Virus genome (UHGV): UHGV-0059920
Source of the DNA: a virus
Reading direction: 5' to 3' (one strand)
DNA: 20,854 nucleotides
Part shown: piece after piece, positions 1 to 8,391 of the stretch
Numbering within the stretch: the stretch's first letter is position 1
How the letters are laid out: every line of letters begins with the position of its first letter
Notes under the pieces: model-generated
Told to the model about the DNA's origin: nothing
Database searches by the model: none
Seen by the model: only the letters and a program-made list of their open reading frames with translations
Position numbers and translations under genes: made by a program

Positions 1-925
1 CCGCCAGTTCGTTCAGTGTATCCAGTGCCGCAGGTGCAGAACCCACCATTGCCGCTATCGCCGATTTCACAAAAGCCGTAGTGGCAATCTGTGTATTGTT
101 GACCGACTGCGCCGCCGTGGGGGCTGTTGGCGTTCCGGTGAGTTCCGGACTCAACAGCGGCGCTTTCAGTGCCAGCGCATTATTAATGGTGGTACTGAAT
201 TTCGGATCATTGTTAATGGCTACGGCTATTTCTTTCAGCGTGTCCAGCGTGGCTGGCGCACCATTAATCAGGGCTGTCAGTGCCGCCTGAACAAACGCGG
301 TGGTCGCAAGTTGCGTGGTATTATTCCCCGCCGCTGGCGTCGGCGCTTTGGGGGTTCCGGTAAATATCGGGCTGGCTTTTGGCGCATACTGTGAATGTGG
401 GTCCGCTGCGGCAAGGTGTTTTGCCATCAGGTCATCCACATACACCTTCAGCTCCAGTGCCTTATCATCCACATACTTGCGAGTTGCCAGTACTACAGCA
501 GGGTCGATTTTCAGGGTGATATTGTCCGTACTGCTGGTAATCAGCACCATGCGCACGGTCTGGGTGCGCCCGCTGCCTTCAGCCAGTTGCGGCTTATAGC
601 TTTCCGGGCAGTTGCCCACGGCAATCAATGCCCCGGACTCATCAAACAGGCCCACTTCACGTATCCACCAACCGCCCTCGTTTTCAGGGATCACCTGTTC
701 AGCAATAATCTGGCTGCTGTTCTGCGGGTCGATATAGAGCATATTCAGCGCAGCCCGGCGTTTCTCATTTACCAGTGCAGTCTGCTTTGCGTCCGGCGTT
801 GGCAATACTCCGCCACCATCGCCCACCGCCATATGGGTAATTTTTAGCGGCACACCGAGCGCGGCGGAACTGGCAAGTTTCGCCGCGCCAATATCCGTCA
901 GCAGGGTATAAAATTTTGTGCTCAT
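1..925 (-). CDS. H: Tail fibre protein H, N-terminal part only; the ORF runs off the window start
   Basis: Hand translation of the minus strand from ATG at 925 gives MSTKFYTLLTDIGAAKLA..., which resembles the conserved P2 gpH N-terminus as I recall it. The start overlaps the stop of gene I (ATGA). No stop codon before position 1. Confidence 0.85.
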   Translation of the reverse strand, partial: MSTKFYTLLTDIGAAKLASSAALGVPLKITHMAVGDGGGVLPTPDAKQTALVNEKRRAALNMLYIDPQNSSQIIAEQVIPENEGGWWIREVGLFDESGALIAVGNCPESYKPQLAEGSGRTQTVRMVLITSSTDNITLKIDPAVVLATRKYVDDKALELKVYVDDLMAKHLAAADPHSQYAPKASPIFTGTPKAPTPAAGNNTTQLATTAFVQAALTALINGAPATLDTLKEIAVAINNDPKFSTTINNALALKAPLLSPELTGTPTAPTAAQSVNNTQIATTAFVKSAIAAMVGSAPAALDTLNELA

Positions 926-1527
926 GGATTCACTCTCATTGTGTCAATAACATGGACCGCCCCGCCTTCATGCGCGGTGCCGCCGGAAATAATTGTTTCG
1001 TTGATATACGGATAGATCGTGATTTCTTCGCCAAGATAGCTGGCGGCTCCCACCCAATGCGGGCCGCTGGTCTGCAGGTTGATGGACATGCCGATCATGT
1101 GACGGCTACATGGTTTGGCATCGCTTATCAGTCGCTCAAGTTCCAGATAGGTATCTTCAGTGATGCCCTGGTTCTGCACGCCGATATCCAGGCGAAACGT
1201 GCCCGGTGTTTCTCCGGTCTGCCACCACTCAATAATGCGGATCAGAAAGCCGAACGGCTCCACCACCCGCCGCACGGCACTGGTGGTCCCTTTATGCTGA
1301 TGAATATAAAAAGCATCCTTCACCACCTGGCGCTTGACGCTTTCTGTCCAGCCCTCGTCCCAGCGATCCACAGAGAACGCCCAGGCGAGGTAAGGCAGGA
1401 AACTGACCGGACAGGTTGCCGGATTCCACAAGTCACGCAGCGGCACTTGCAGATCAGAAATCCCGCTGCAGGTTTGCGCCAGTCGGCGCTCCAGTGGTGT
1501 TGAACCCGGAGGCAGCAGACTATTCAT
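922..1527 (-). CDS. I: Baseplate/tail protein I
   Basis: 201-aa ORF with ATG start, in the P2 order J-I-H; its start overlaps the stop of J. Confidence 0.85.
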   Translation of the reverse strand: MNSLLPPGSTPLERRLAQTCSGISDLQVPLRDLWNPATCPVSFLPYLAWAFSVDRWDEGWTESVKRQVVKDAFYIHQHKGTTSAVRRVVEPFGFLIRIIEWWQTGETPGTFRLDIGVQNQGITEDTYLELERLISDAKPCSRHMIGMSINLQTSGPHWVGAASYLGEEITIYPYINETIISGGTAHEGGAVHVIDTMRVNP

Positions 1528-2428
1528 CCGTTCCTCCGTTGGTTACGCTCCACTGCGTACATGATGCCGCCTGTGTTTTGTTCAGAACCACATCCGCCAG
1601 CGGAGAAGCCAGTTCCACACGTTGAACACCCTCAACATGCAGCGCGGCAAAAATAGCACTACGGCGAATATCCCGACCGAGCCGCGTCTGACTGGCGATG
1701 TACCTCTGCAGGCTGACTTTTGCCGCTGCCATTACCGGCTCTGCTTCCGGTCCCGGATAAAGAAAAATGGTGGCTTCCACACGGTACGGGATGATTTCTG
1801 CGCTGCGAACCGTAAGACGGTCAGCCACCGGGCGGACGTTCTCACTGTTCAGAGCTTTTTCCACCACGTCCAGCAGGTCTTTTTCTGCAGTTCCATCGCC
1901 TTCGCGGCTAAGGACAGTCAGCACCACCCCTGCAGGTGCCGGGCTGGTTGCACTGGCATCCGCCACCCGGCCGTCGGCGCTTCGGGCATGAAATTCATAA
2001 GCTGCAGTTGGCCCCGCAACTGAAAGCCCTTCAAAGGCTGCAGGCACACGCAGGCGTAACGCTTCATCGCTTTCCATCACAGCTGCAACGGGCGGCACAG
2101 CGTCATTATCAGCAGGCGTCACCGTCAGGCGTTTCACGTTGTAGTTGGCAGCGAGCTGGTCAAGATCGCTGCCCATCGCGTAAGCCACCATCACAGCCTG
2201 CGCGGCTTCGTTAATGCGCTGGCGCAGAAGCAACTCACGGTAAGCGTTCTCCTGCAGCAATTTGGTGACGGGTTCAGATTCCAGTTCCAGCGTGCGGATC
2301 ACTGCTTCCTGCTCATCTTTCGGATGAAGCGCCACAAATTCGGCCTTGCGTTCGGCAAGCAGCGTCTCAAAGTCCGGCACATCCACAATCTGCGGCGCAG
2401 GCAACTGCGAAAGGTCAATCACTGCCAT
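1520..2428 (-). CDS. J: Baseplate assembly protein J
   Basis: Start refined to ATG at 2428 (MAVIDLSQL...) with AGGAG 7 nt upstream; about 302 aa, matching P2 gpJ size and position between W and I. Confidence 0.88.
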   Translation of the reverse strand: MAVIDLSQLPAPQIVDVPDFETLLAERKAEFVALHPKDEQEAVIRTLELESEPVTKLLQENAYRELLLRQRINEAAQAVMVAYAMGSDLDQLAANYNVKRLTVTPADNDAVPPVAAVMESDEALRLRVPAAFEGLSVAGPTAAYEFHARSADGRVADASATSPAPAGVVLTVLSREGDGTAEKDLLDVVEKALNSENVRPVADRLTVRSAEIIPYRVEATIFLYPGPEAEPVMAAAKVSLQRYIASQTRLGRDIRRSAIFAALHVEGVQRVELASPLADVVLNKTQAASCTQWSVTNGGTDE

Positions 2429-2774
2429 TCTCTGCTCCTGTTGATACGGAAAGGGAAACAGGCACACCGTTATTACGCCGCCCGCTCAGCGCCACCACCA
2501 TTGAACCGTCAAAATTGCTGTTGATGGTGATGGAATCCAGCGTCATCCGTGGCTCCCAGCGACTCAGCGCCACATACACTGCCGACATGACCTGCAGGCG
2601 TAATGCCGGATTTTGTGGCTGGTCTATCAGTGCCGACAGCAGGGAACCATATTCACGGCGAGCAATGCGGCTACCCTGCGGCGTCAGCAGAATGTCCCGC
2701 ACCGACTGGCGCAGATGGTCAATATCAGTAATGGCTTTACCGCTGGTATTGTTCATCCCGCTATAAAGCGTCAT
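2415..2774 (-). CDS. W: Baseplate protein W (gp25-like)
   Basis: 119-aa ORF, ATG at 2774 overlapping the stop of V; position and size match P2 gpW. Confidence 0.85.
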   Translation of the reverse strand: MTLYSGMNNTSGKAITDIDHLRQSVRDILLTPQGSRIARREYGSLLSALIDQPQNPALRLQVMSAVYVALSRWEPRMTLDSITINSNFDGSMVVALSGRRNNGVPVSLSVSTGAENGSD

Positions 2775-3349
2775 ACCGGGCCTCCGGTTGTATCGCCGCC
2801 TTTCAGGACGCCAGTATGCTGATGCGCATCAACCACGATCCCGTTAGAACTCATCGCTCCGCCGCCCTGGGTAACGCCACCATTGATCACCACTTCGCTG
2901 TTAATGCGCGTGCGGTCAGCCTCCAGTACAAACTCACTGGTTTTCATGGTGATGTTGTCAGCGGCCTCAATGACCATTGATTTGATGCCCCTGACATACC
3001 AGCGCCCGGTGGCGGGTTCATATTCAAACCAGCCACCGTCAGGATGTTCTGTCACGCAGGCGTCCGCCGACGTCGACGGTGGTGCGAACTGATTCGAATA
3101 GACAGCGGGCAGCGCAAAGGCAGTCTCCAGATTGCCGCCCAGACTCAGCAGCACCACCTGCTCACCTTCTGATGGTTTCCACCATGTGCGGGCATTACCC
3201 GCGCGCAGCGTCAGCCAGTTAATCCAGTTAGTTTCAAGGTCGCCCGTTTTCACCCGGCAAAGCCAGTTTGTCCTGTCCACTTCGGTGACTACCCCAGTGC
3301 GGATCAGGTTGGTGATAAGGCGCATGATTTCGGTTAATTGTGCGTTCAT
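2771..3349 (-). CDS. V: Baseplate spike/hub protein V
   Basis: 192-aa ORF (MNAQLTEIMRLITNLIRTG...) resembling the P2 gpV N-terminus; first gene of the V-W-J-I-H block. Confidence 0.85.
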   Translation of the reverse strand: MNAQLTEIMRLITNLIRTGVVTEVDRTNWLCRVKTGDLETNWINWLTLRAGNARTWWKPSEGEQVVLLSLGGNLETAFALPAVYSNQFAPPSTSADACVTEHPDGGWFEYEPATGRWYVRGIKSMVIEAADNITMKTSEFVLEADRTRINSEVVINGGVTQGGGAMSSNGIVVDAHQHTGVLKGGDTTGGPV

Positions 3350-3394
3350 AGGGAAAGGTTGCCATCAGGGGAAGAAAGGCGGCAGTGCTGCAAC

Positions 3395-3412
3395 TTGTAT
3401 CAGTGCTGATAC
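3395..3412. promoter_or_regulatory. Perfect TGT-N12-ACA dyad upstream of V; candidate Ogr/Delta-type late activator site
   Basis: Sequence tTGTATCAGTGCTGATACAa is a perfect 20-bp palindrome in the 68-bp S-V intergenic gap. P2 late promoters carry TGT-N12-ACA dyads. Its spacing to the V start is shorter than the canonical position. Confidence 0.4.
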
Positions 3413-3417
3413 AAAAA

Positions 3418-3864
3418 TCACCCCGCCAGCCATTGCAGAATCATGTCGCGGGTCATTGCCTCAACATCATCATTTACACCCAGAAGGCGACGCTCTGCGT
3501 AACGGACCTCCGGTCCTTTGCGGCTGACGCGATCACGTAAGCCGTAGTGATGAACACGGGCAATGCGCTGTACCTTGCCTTCAAACTGCACGCTGGCAGA
3601 GTCGGCGCTGGCGGCAGTTTTCAGGTATTTTGTGGTGCGCAGCTTTGTAAACATCTGACGTTTGATGCGCCCCTTTTTGCTGCGTGCTGTTACCCTGCGC
3701 GGCTCATAACTGCTGCCATCAGGATTGCGCTGCATCCTGATGTTCTGCTGCTGTGTCCGGCGCAGTTCCTGCGCCAGCTGGCGCATCATGCGGCTTCTTG
3801 CGGCTGGCTCCAGATTCGCCAATAATGCACTCAGCCAGTTGTCCACCTTCTGCAGTTCAGCCAC
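3418..3864 (-). CDS. S: Tail completion / virion morphogenesis protein S
   Basis: 148-aa ORF between R and V in the P2 order. The ORF-track start at 3864 is a GTG; the exact start is uncertain. Confidence 0.78.
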   Translation of the reverse strand: MAELQKVDNWLSALLANLEPAARSRMMRQLAQELRRTQQQNIRMQRNPDGSSYEPRRVTARSKKGRIKRQMFTKLRTTKYLKTAASADSASVQFEGKVQRIARVHHYGLRDRVSRKGPEVRYAERRLLGVNDDVEAMTRDMILQWLAG

Positions 3865-4288
3865 GTTTCACCGTCCACATTTCTTCAGGTTCATCAGGTT
3901 CCGCTACCGCTTCAACGTTCGACACACTGCCGTCAGTGCTGACCAGCACACGCTCCGTCAGTTGCAGGTTAAGGCTGATATCACAGACATCGTTGCGCAG
4001 AATATCCACCTCAAAGGTGAATAGCTTTTCCCGTAACGCCGGGTTATTGATGGCATCGGGCTGGTTATCCCGCAGCCACAGCAAAACCGGGGCCATCAGC
4101 AGATTCTGGTCGCCGCTGAAATCCTCAATCACCACGTTCAGGGTGTAGCGGTACTCCCATGACATGGAGCTGGCCCCCGTGGCAACCAGCGAACCGTTAT
4201 CCACAAACAGATGCAGTTTGTCCGGGTTATTGCGGACATAAGGCACCGCTTTATTGAGGGCATGGCGCAGGGATTGTGGTTTGTTCAC
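3857..4288 (-). CDS. R: Tail completion protein R
   Basis: Start refined to GTG at 4288, giving (M)NKPQSLRHALNKAV..., which parallels the P2 gpR N-terminus as recalled; AGGAG 7 nt upstream. The ORF-track start at 4309 is a TTG. Confidence 0.78.
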   Translation of the reverse strand: MNKPQSLRHALNKAVPYVRNNPDKLHLFVDNGSLVATGASSMSWEYRYTLNVVIEDFSGDQNLLMAPVLLWLRDNQPDAINNPALREKLFTFEVDILRNDVCDISLNLQLTERVLVSTDGSVSNVEAVAEPDEPEEMWTVKRG

Positions 4289-4541
4289 TGTTTCGCTCCT
4301 GACACGCAATAATCATGTCCACTTTGTCTGCACAGACCGCCCAGGCGGCCTCCGTTTCATCCAGCAATGCGTTCAGATCACCGTTAGTGCGCGGCGCTGT
4401 CTGATCCAGCCGACACGGCGTCACTCGCGGACAACCACTGACGGTAAGCTGCACCTCCGGTGAGTGCCGGACGTTCCCGCAGCCGGATAATGTCAGCAGG
4501 CAAAGGAGTATCAGCCCAGCGGCGTAAATCCTCGTTCTCAC
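4251..4541 (-). CDS. lysC: LysC, Rz1-like outer-membrane lipoprotein (o-spanin), embedded out of frame in lysB and running into R
   Basis: Signal peptide followed by lipobox LTLSG-C, proline-rich. Nested in the 3' end of lysB in another frame. Start is a GTG at 4541, so uncertain. Confidence 0.6.
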   Translation of the reverse strand: MRTRIYAAGLILLCLLTLSGCGNVRHSPEVQLTVSGCPRVTPCRLDQTAPRTNGDLNALLDETEAAWAVCADKVDMIIACQERNSEQTTIPAPCPQ

Positions 4542-4812
4542 GTTTCAGTTCCTCGATCCGGCGTTGTCGTTGTCTCAGCTGTGCGCTGGTCTGTTCTGCT
4601 TCGGCATAGAGCCGCGCCTGCTCCCGGTTATTGGTTTCAGTCAGAATGGACAGGCTGATAAGCTGGCTGTTGCTCTTTGCCAGTGCCTGGCTTTTGCTCT
4701 GCAGCTCGTTTGCCTGCGTGCTGATGGTCTGGCTGGCATCAGCCAGCCGCCACGTCTGCCAGCCCAGCGCCGCCAGTAATAACGCCAGCACAACCAGCAG
4801 CAACCGGTTCAT
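4384..4812 (-). CDS. lysB: LysB, Rz-like inner-membrane spanin
   Basis: N-terminal transmembrane segment (LLLVVLALLLAALGW) then a charged coiled-coil-like region; ATG overlaps the lysA stop. Confidence 0.72.
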   Translation of the reverse strand: MNRLLLVVLALLLAALGWQTWRLADASQTISTQANELQSKSQALAKSNSQLISLSILTETNNREQARLYAEAEQTSAQLRQRQRRIEELKRENEDLRRWADTPLPADIIRLRERPALTGGAAYRQWLSASDAVSAGSDSAAH

Positions 4813-5186
4813 GCTGCTACCTGTTGCGCCATCTGATTACGGGTGATCCAGAAGGCAATAACGGTCAGCAGATAAAAGACCAGGGTAATAGCCCACCCCG
4901 TCCATGCGAGACTTACAACAATCAGCAATCGCATCACCCAACAGATAAATACATTTTCTTTTCGGGTAATTGTCTTCAGCAAAGATGCCCTTAACTCCTG
5001 CCAGAGCGGGCCATTCTGAATTAACGCAGCCAGTGCTACCGGAATTACCGCCCATGTCAGCAAACAGGCTACCCAAACGCCGGACGCTGCCAGTACCGGA
5101 AAGATCCCCTGCGGATACACCATTGCTGCGATTAACAGCGCCATCCATAACATCAGAAACAGTCCGCTGATTAATTTCTTTTTCAT
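4809..5186 (-). CDS. lysA: LysA-like multi-pass membrane protein (putative lysis regulator)
   Basis: Start refined to ATG at 5186 (MKKKLISGLFLML...), 1 nt after the endolysin stop; about four hydrophobic segments; P2 lysA position. Confidence 0.65.
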   Translation of the reverse strand: MKKKLISGLFLMLWMALLIAAMVYPQGIFPVLAASGVWVACLLTWAVIPVALAALIQNGPLWQELRASLLKTITRKENVFICWVMRLLIVVSLAWTGWAITLVFYLLTVIAFWITRNQMAQQVAA

Positions 5187-5187
5187 T

Positions 5188-5700
5188 TCAGTTTGCTCCC
5201 TGTAAACACCAGGCCATCTCCCGCGCACGGCGGTTATCCAGCCCCTGATTAAACACACCTTTTACATAAACCCAGCGCGGCAACTGTCGGCACGCATCCG
5301 CCCAGCGCCGCTGATTGAGCAATTTCACCAGCGTGGAACTACAGGCATTGCCCGTCCCCACGTTGAAGGCAAACGACACCGTAGCGTCATACACCTTCTG
5401 TGGTGGCTGTTGCTTCACACACCTTTCCAGTGCCCGCTCCACACGCAGCACGTTGGAGATCAGCCCTTCTGCTGCCTGTCGTTCCGTGATTGTTTTGCCG
5501 GGAATGACGCCCGACGTATTACCAATGCCGTCGGTCCAGACACCCGCGCTGCACTGATACGGCTGCAGACGACAACCTTCGTAATCGGCAATCAGTTTCA
5601 GCCCTTCCACGGAGGTGTGAAGCTGCTGAAAACCCGGCAGCGTGGCAGCAATAGCCAGCACGGCCCCGACAAGGCAGCGTTTAACGATTGATGGATTCAT
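5188..5700 (-). CDS. K: Endolysin, GH24 lysozyme with N-terminal signal-anchor-release (SAR) domain
   Basis: Hydrophobic Gly/Ala-rich N-terminus (RCLVGAVLAIAATLPGF) followed by a T4/P22-lysozyme-like catalytic region (DYEGCRLQPYQCSAGVWTDGIGNT). Confidence 0.85.
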   Translation of the reverse strand: MNPSIVKRCLVGAVLAIAATLPGFQQLHTSVEGLKLIADYEGCRLQPYQCSAGVWTDGIGNTSGVIPGKTITERQAAEGLISNVLRVERALERCVKQQPPQKVYDATVSFAFNVGTGNACSSTLVKLLNQRRWADACRQLPRWVYVKGVFNQGLDNRRAREMAWCLQGAN

Positions 5701-5896
5701 AGTCCTCCCGCGAGATCTGCCCGTCGCGCAGGAGCTGGTAGGCTTTGTGTTTGTAGTACCAGTTGATAGCCAGCATCAGCACACCAATCATCAGGCCGCC
5801 CAGCGTTGAGGCATCCTTGATGGACAAATCGCCCAGCCAGGCCAGCACAACGGCGATGCAGTACGTGATAAAGGCGCTGATTCGCTCAAGCGTCAT
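5681..5896 (-). CDS. Y: Holin, class II with two transmembrane segments (possible pinholin)
   Basis: 71 aa, two hydrophobic helices and a charged C-terminus, directly upstream of the endolysin. Confidence 0.75.
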   Translation of the reverse strand: MTLERISAFITYCIAVVLAWLGDLSIKDASTLGGLMIGVLMLAINWYYKHKAYQLLRDGQISREDYESINR

Positions 5897-5899
5897 AAT

Positions 5900-6103
5900 T
5901 CAGTCCCATAGCTGGACGGTCTGCACGGTGGTGGTGGCCGGAATGTCCGGCAGCTCCACCTGCAGCCCGTGAGGTAAAAAGGGGCCATATTCGGCAAGCC
6001 CCGGATTTGCCTTCAGTACCTGCTCCGTGACACCCTGCGTGCGCCCGTAATGACGCCAGCAAAGCGCGTCCACCGTGTCATACTGATGCGCACGCACTTT
6101 CAT
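5900..6103 (-). CDS. X: Tail protein X
   Basis: 67 aa, same size and position as P2 gpX between L and the holin. Confidence 0.8.
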   Translation of the reverse strand: MKVRAHQYDTVDALCWRHYGRTQGVTEQVLKANPGLAEYGPFLPHGLQVELPDIPATTTVQTVQLWD

Positions 6104-6567
6104 CAGATAAGCTCCACTGTACAGTGCGGCGCATCCTGCACCCGGCTGATGGCCCAGCGGGCGTCACGCCACAAATCACCGCTGGATTCCGCCAGTTCCT
6201 CGCCTCGCTTCACACCGGATGCCGTGGCGTCATAGTCCTGGTATCGTTCGTTGAGCATGGCGCGTGCCCAGCAGTAAACCGCGTTGAAATAGTGCTGAAT
6301 GCGCTCACTTTTCCCGTCCAGCTGTTCTGCCGGAACCTCTGCCAGCGAGGCATACCCCAGCATCTGCTGGCGTCTGCGAAACTCATACAGCTCTGCGTTG
6401 ACCTCCGAAATTGCCGACAGCGCAACCTGCTTTAAACGCGGCTGCGTCACCGTGCCGTCAGTGCGCATGACACTGCGAAACTCCGACAGGTCCACATCAG
6501 GCCAGAACGGCGTATTTCTGATGATTTCCGCCTGTTCCGGTGCCTGTTCTGGCGCAACAAACTTCAT
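6103..6567 (-). CDS. L: Head completion/stabilisation protein L
   Basis: Start refined to ATG at 6567 (MKFVAPEQ...) with AGGAGA upstream. The ORF-track start at 6630 is a GTG with no RBS. Confidence 0.82.
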   Translation of the reverse strand: MKFVAPEQAPEQAEIIRNTPFWPDVDLSEFRSVMRTDGTVTQPRLKQVALSAISEVNAELYEFRRRQQMLGYASLAEVPAEQLDGKSERIQHYFNAVYCWARAMLNERYQDYDATASGVKRGEELAESSGDLWRDARWAISRVQDAPHCTVELI

Positions 6568-6662
6568 GCTGCTTTCTCCTGAAATAGAGGGCGGTGGACG
6601 GGGTTTTGATGTGGCAGTGCCTTTCGCCACCCCGTGCCGCCCGTGCGCGGGGGCACGTTCTG

Positions 6663-7313
6663 TCAGCGGCTGTCATTGCGCAGTCTGCGCTCCAGCTGCT
6701 GTTTGTCTTTTTTCACGCCACAGCGGGGATCAAGCTGTAACGCATGGTTGAGATGATTAAGGGCGGAAGCCGGATTGCTTTCACTCAGGACAGCGCCAAT
6801 CGCTTTATGCAGACGCGCCCGTGACTGGTCCGGCATATCCAGACCGTCTGTCAGCTCCAGCGTCTGCAACAACAGATCGGCATCAAAGCCGGTGGCGGCA
6901 AGCATTGCGCTCTGCGCGGCGTCTGCCATTTCCTCTGCCAGCACGGTCTGCACGTTGCGGTTACCCAGCGGCATCACCCAGCCATGACGCAGGGCATGAC
7001 GCCCGATCTCCAGCGCCCCGGCATAATCTCCGGCATCAATGCGCCACAGCATCACGTACATCAGCACGTCATCCTGTTGAGCGCCTCCGGCAGCCAGGAC
7101 ACCCTCTGCCCAGGCGGCGTACTTCGGCAGCAGCTCCACCTTGATTTCCGCTTTTTTGACCGTGGACTGAACGCCCTTGAGACGGCGGCGGTCTTCCGCC
7201 AGTTGCAGCAGCATCAGGTCATAGCCCGATGCGTGGCGAACACTGCCGCCCTCGCGGGCGGCCTGTTCAGCCTGAACGCGCAGGCGATGCTGCCGTGCGG
7301 GACTCAGGCTCAT
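6663..7313 (-). CDS. M: Terminase endonuclease (small) subunit M
   Basis: 216 aa, directly downstream of capsid gene N as in P2. Confidence 0.85.
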   Translation of the reverse strand: MSLSPARQHRLRVQAEQAAREGGSVRHASGYDLMLLQLAEDRRRLKGVQSTVKKAEIKVELLPKYAAWAEGVLAAGGAQQDDVLMYVMLWRIDAGDYAGALEIGRHALRHGWVMPLGNRNVQTVLAEEMADAAQSAMLAATGFDADLLLQTLELTDGLDMPDQSRARLHKAIGAVLSESNPASALNHLNHALQLDPRCGVKKDKQQLERRLRNDSR

Positions 7314-7316
7314 GGA

Positions 7317-8375
7317 TTACGCTCCGGTTTCGGCTGCGGCGGCGCTGAAATCACCAATCTGGATGTTTTCCACCAGTGCGGCGCAGCGGTAGTCCTCAAC
7401 CACATAGGCTTCATTAACGGATTCAAAGTTTTCAATCCGGTCACGTTTCGGGTTGTCGATAACTGAACGGCGGCGGGGGTCTTCCTGCCAGTAGATGGAC
7501 AGGTTATCCAGACGGGTGATCAGCAGCGCATTCGGCGGGAAGAACGGCGCACGCACGGCCTGCAGGCCACCCATGCGTTTCTGGCTGATGATCATATCGG
7601 CAGCCAGTTTTTCACTGTTTTCCTGCTCTTTGTTGACCAGCGGGAAATACTTGTCAGACAACAGTTCACGACCGCAAATCACCACCAGATCGTCATCGTC
7701 CTGGTAAACCACGTCGATAAGCTCATTGACGGCATCCATCACCACAGCGTCCAGGTTGGCATATTCGCCACCTTTCCCGACTTTCACCGCACCCGGAGTG
7801 GTTTCACCGCCCGTGGTGGTGCTGCCCATGACGTGATCCGGTGCATCCTCACGGATTTTCTGCAGCCAGCCTTTGTTCACATCCTGCAGCAGCGGGTTTT
7901 CGCTACGGTTGGAGGTTTTCGCACGCTTCACGCCGTTAAAGCCGATCATGATGCGGTCCAGTGCCTGACGTTTCACGATGGCGTCACGGATGCGCACCTG
8001 GAAATCCTGAAACTTCGCCCACAGATCCAGCTTCGCGTAGGTCAGCACCGTGTCAAAGTTGGTCTGCTCGCATTTATATTCCACATCGACCATCAGGGTC
8101 GGATCGACGGGTTCACGCTCTTTCGCGGTGGTGTCAGTGGTTCCGGCAATGGTGCTGCCAACACCCAGCCCCAGCAGCTGACCGGACTGCTCAGTCACTG
8201 GCGTGACGTTAATCAGCGTCAGGAAAGCGGCGGACTGCTGGATCTGGTCCTCCAGCGTCTGCTGCACAGACGGCTCCACAGTGAATTTGCTGGACAGTTC
8301 TTCAACTGCCACACCGTTCAGACGCGCCAGCTGCTGCAGGTAAGCGTTAAAAGCAAAGCGGGTATTCTTCTTCAT
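7317..8375 (-). CDS. N: Major capsid protein N
   Basis: 352 aa, between scaffold O and terminase M; P2 gpN-like size and position. Confidence 0.9.
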   Translation of the reverse strand: MKKNTRFAFNAYLQQLARLNGVAVEELSSKFTVEPSVQQTLEDQIQQSAAFLTLINVTPVTEQSGQLLGLGVGSTIAGTTDTTAKEREPVDPTLMVDVEYKCEQTNFDTVLTYAKLDLWAKFQDFQVRIRDAIVKRQALDRIMIGFNGVKRAKTSNRSENPLLQDVNKGWLQKIREDAPDHVMGSTTTGGETTPGAVKVGKGGEYANLDAVVMDAVNELIDVVYQDDDDLVVICGRELLSDKYFPLVNKEQENSEKLAADMIISQKRMGGLQAVRAPFFPPNALLITRLDNLSIYWQEDPRRRSVIDNPKRDRIENFESVNEAYVVEDYRCAALVENIQIGDFSAAAAETGA

Positions 8376-8391
8376 CGGGTTTTGTGCTCCA

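Noticed and set aside
395-1503. Plus-strand ORFs of 150 and 195 aa (395..847, 916..1503) and similar long plus-strand ORFs elsewhere (for example 7833..8495, 9863..10942 on the minus strand opposite P)
   Set aside because: They lie antisense to, or out of frame within, well-supported structural genes in a GC-rich region. They have no RBS and no recognisable protein features; these are shadow ORFs.
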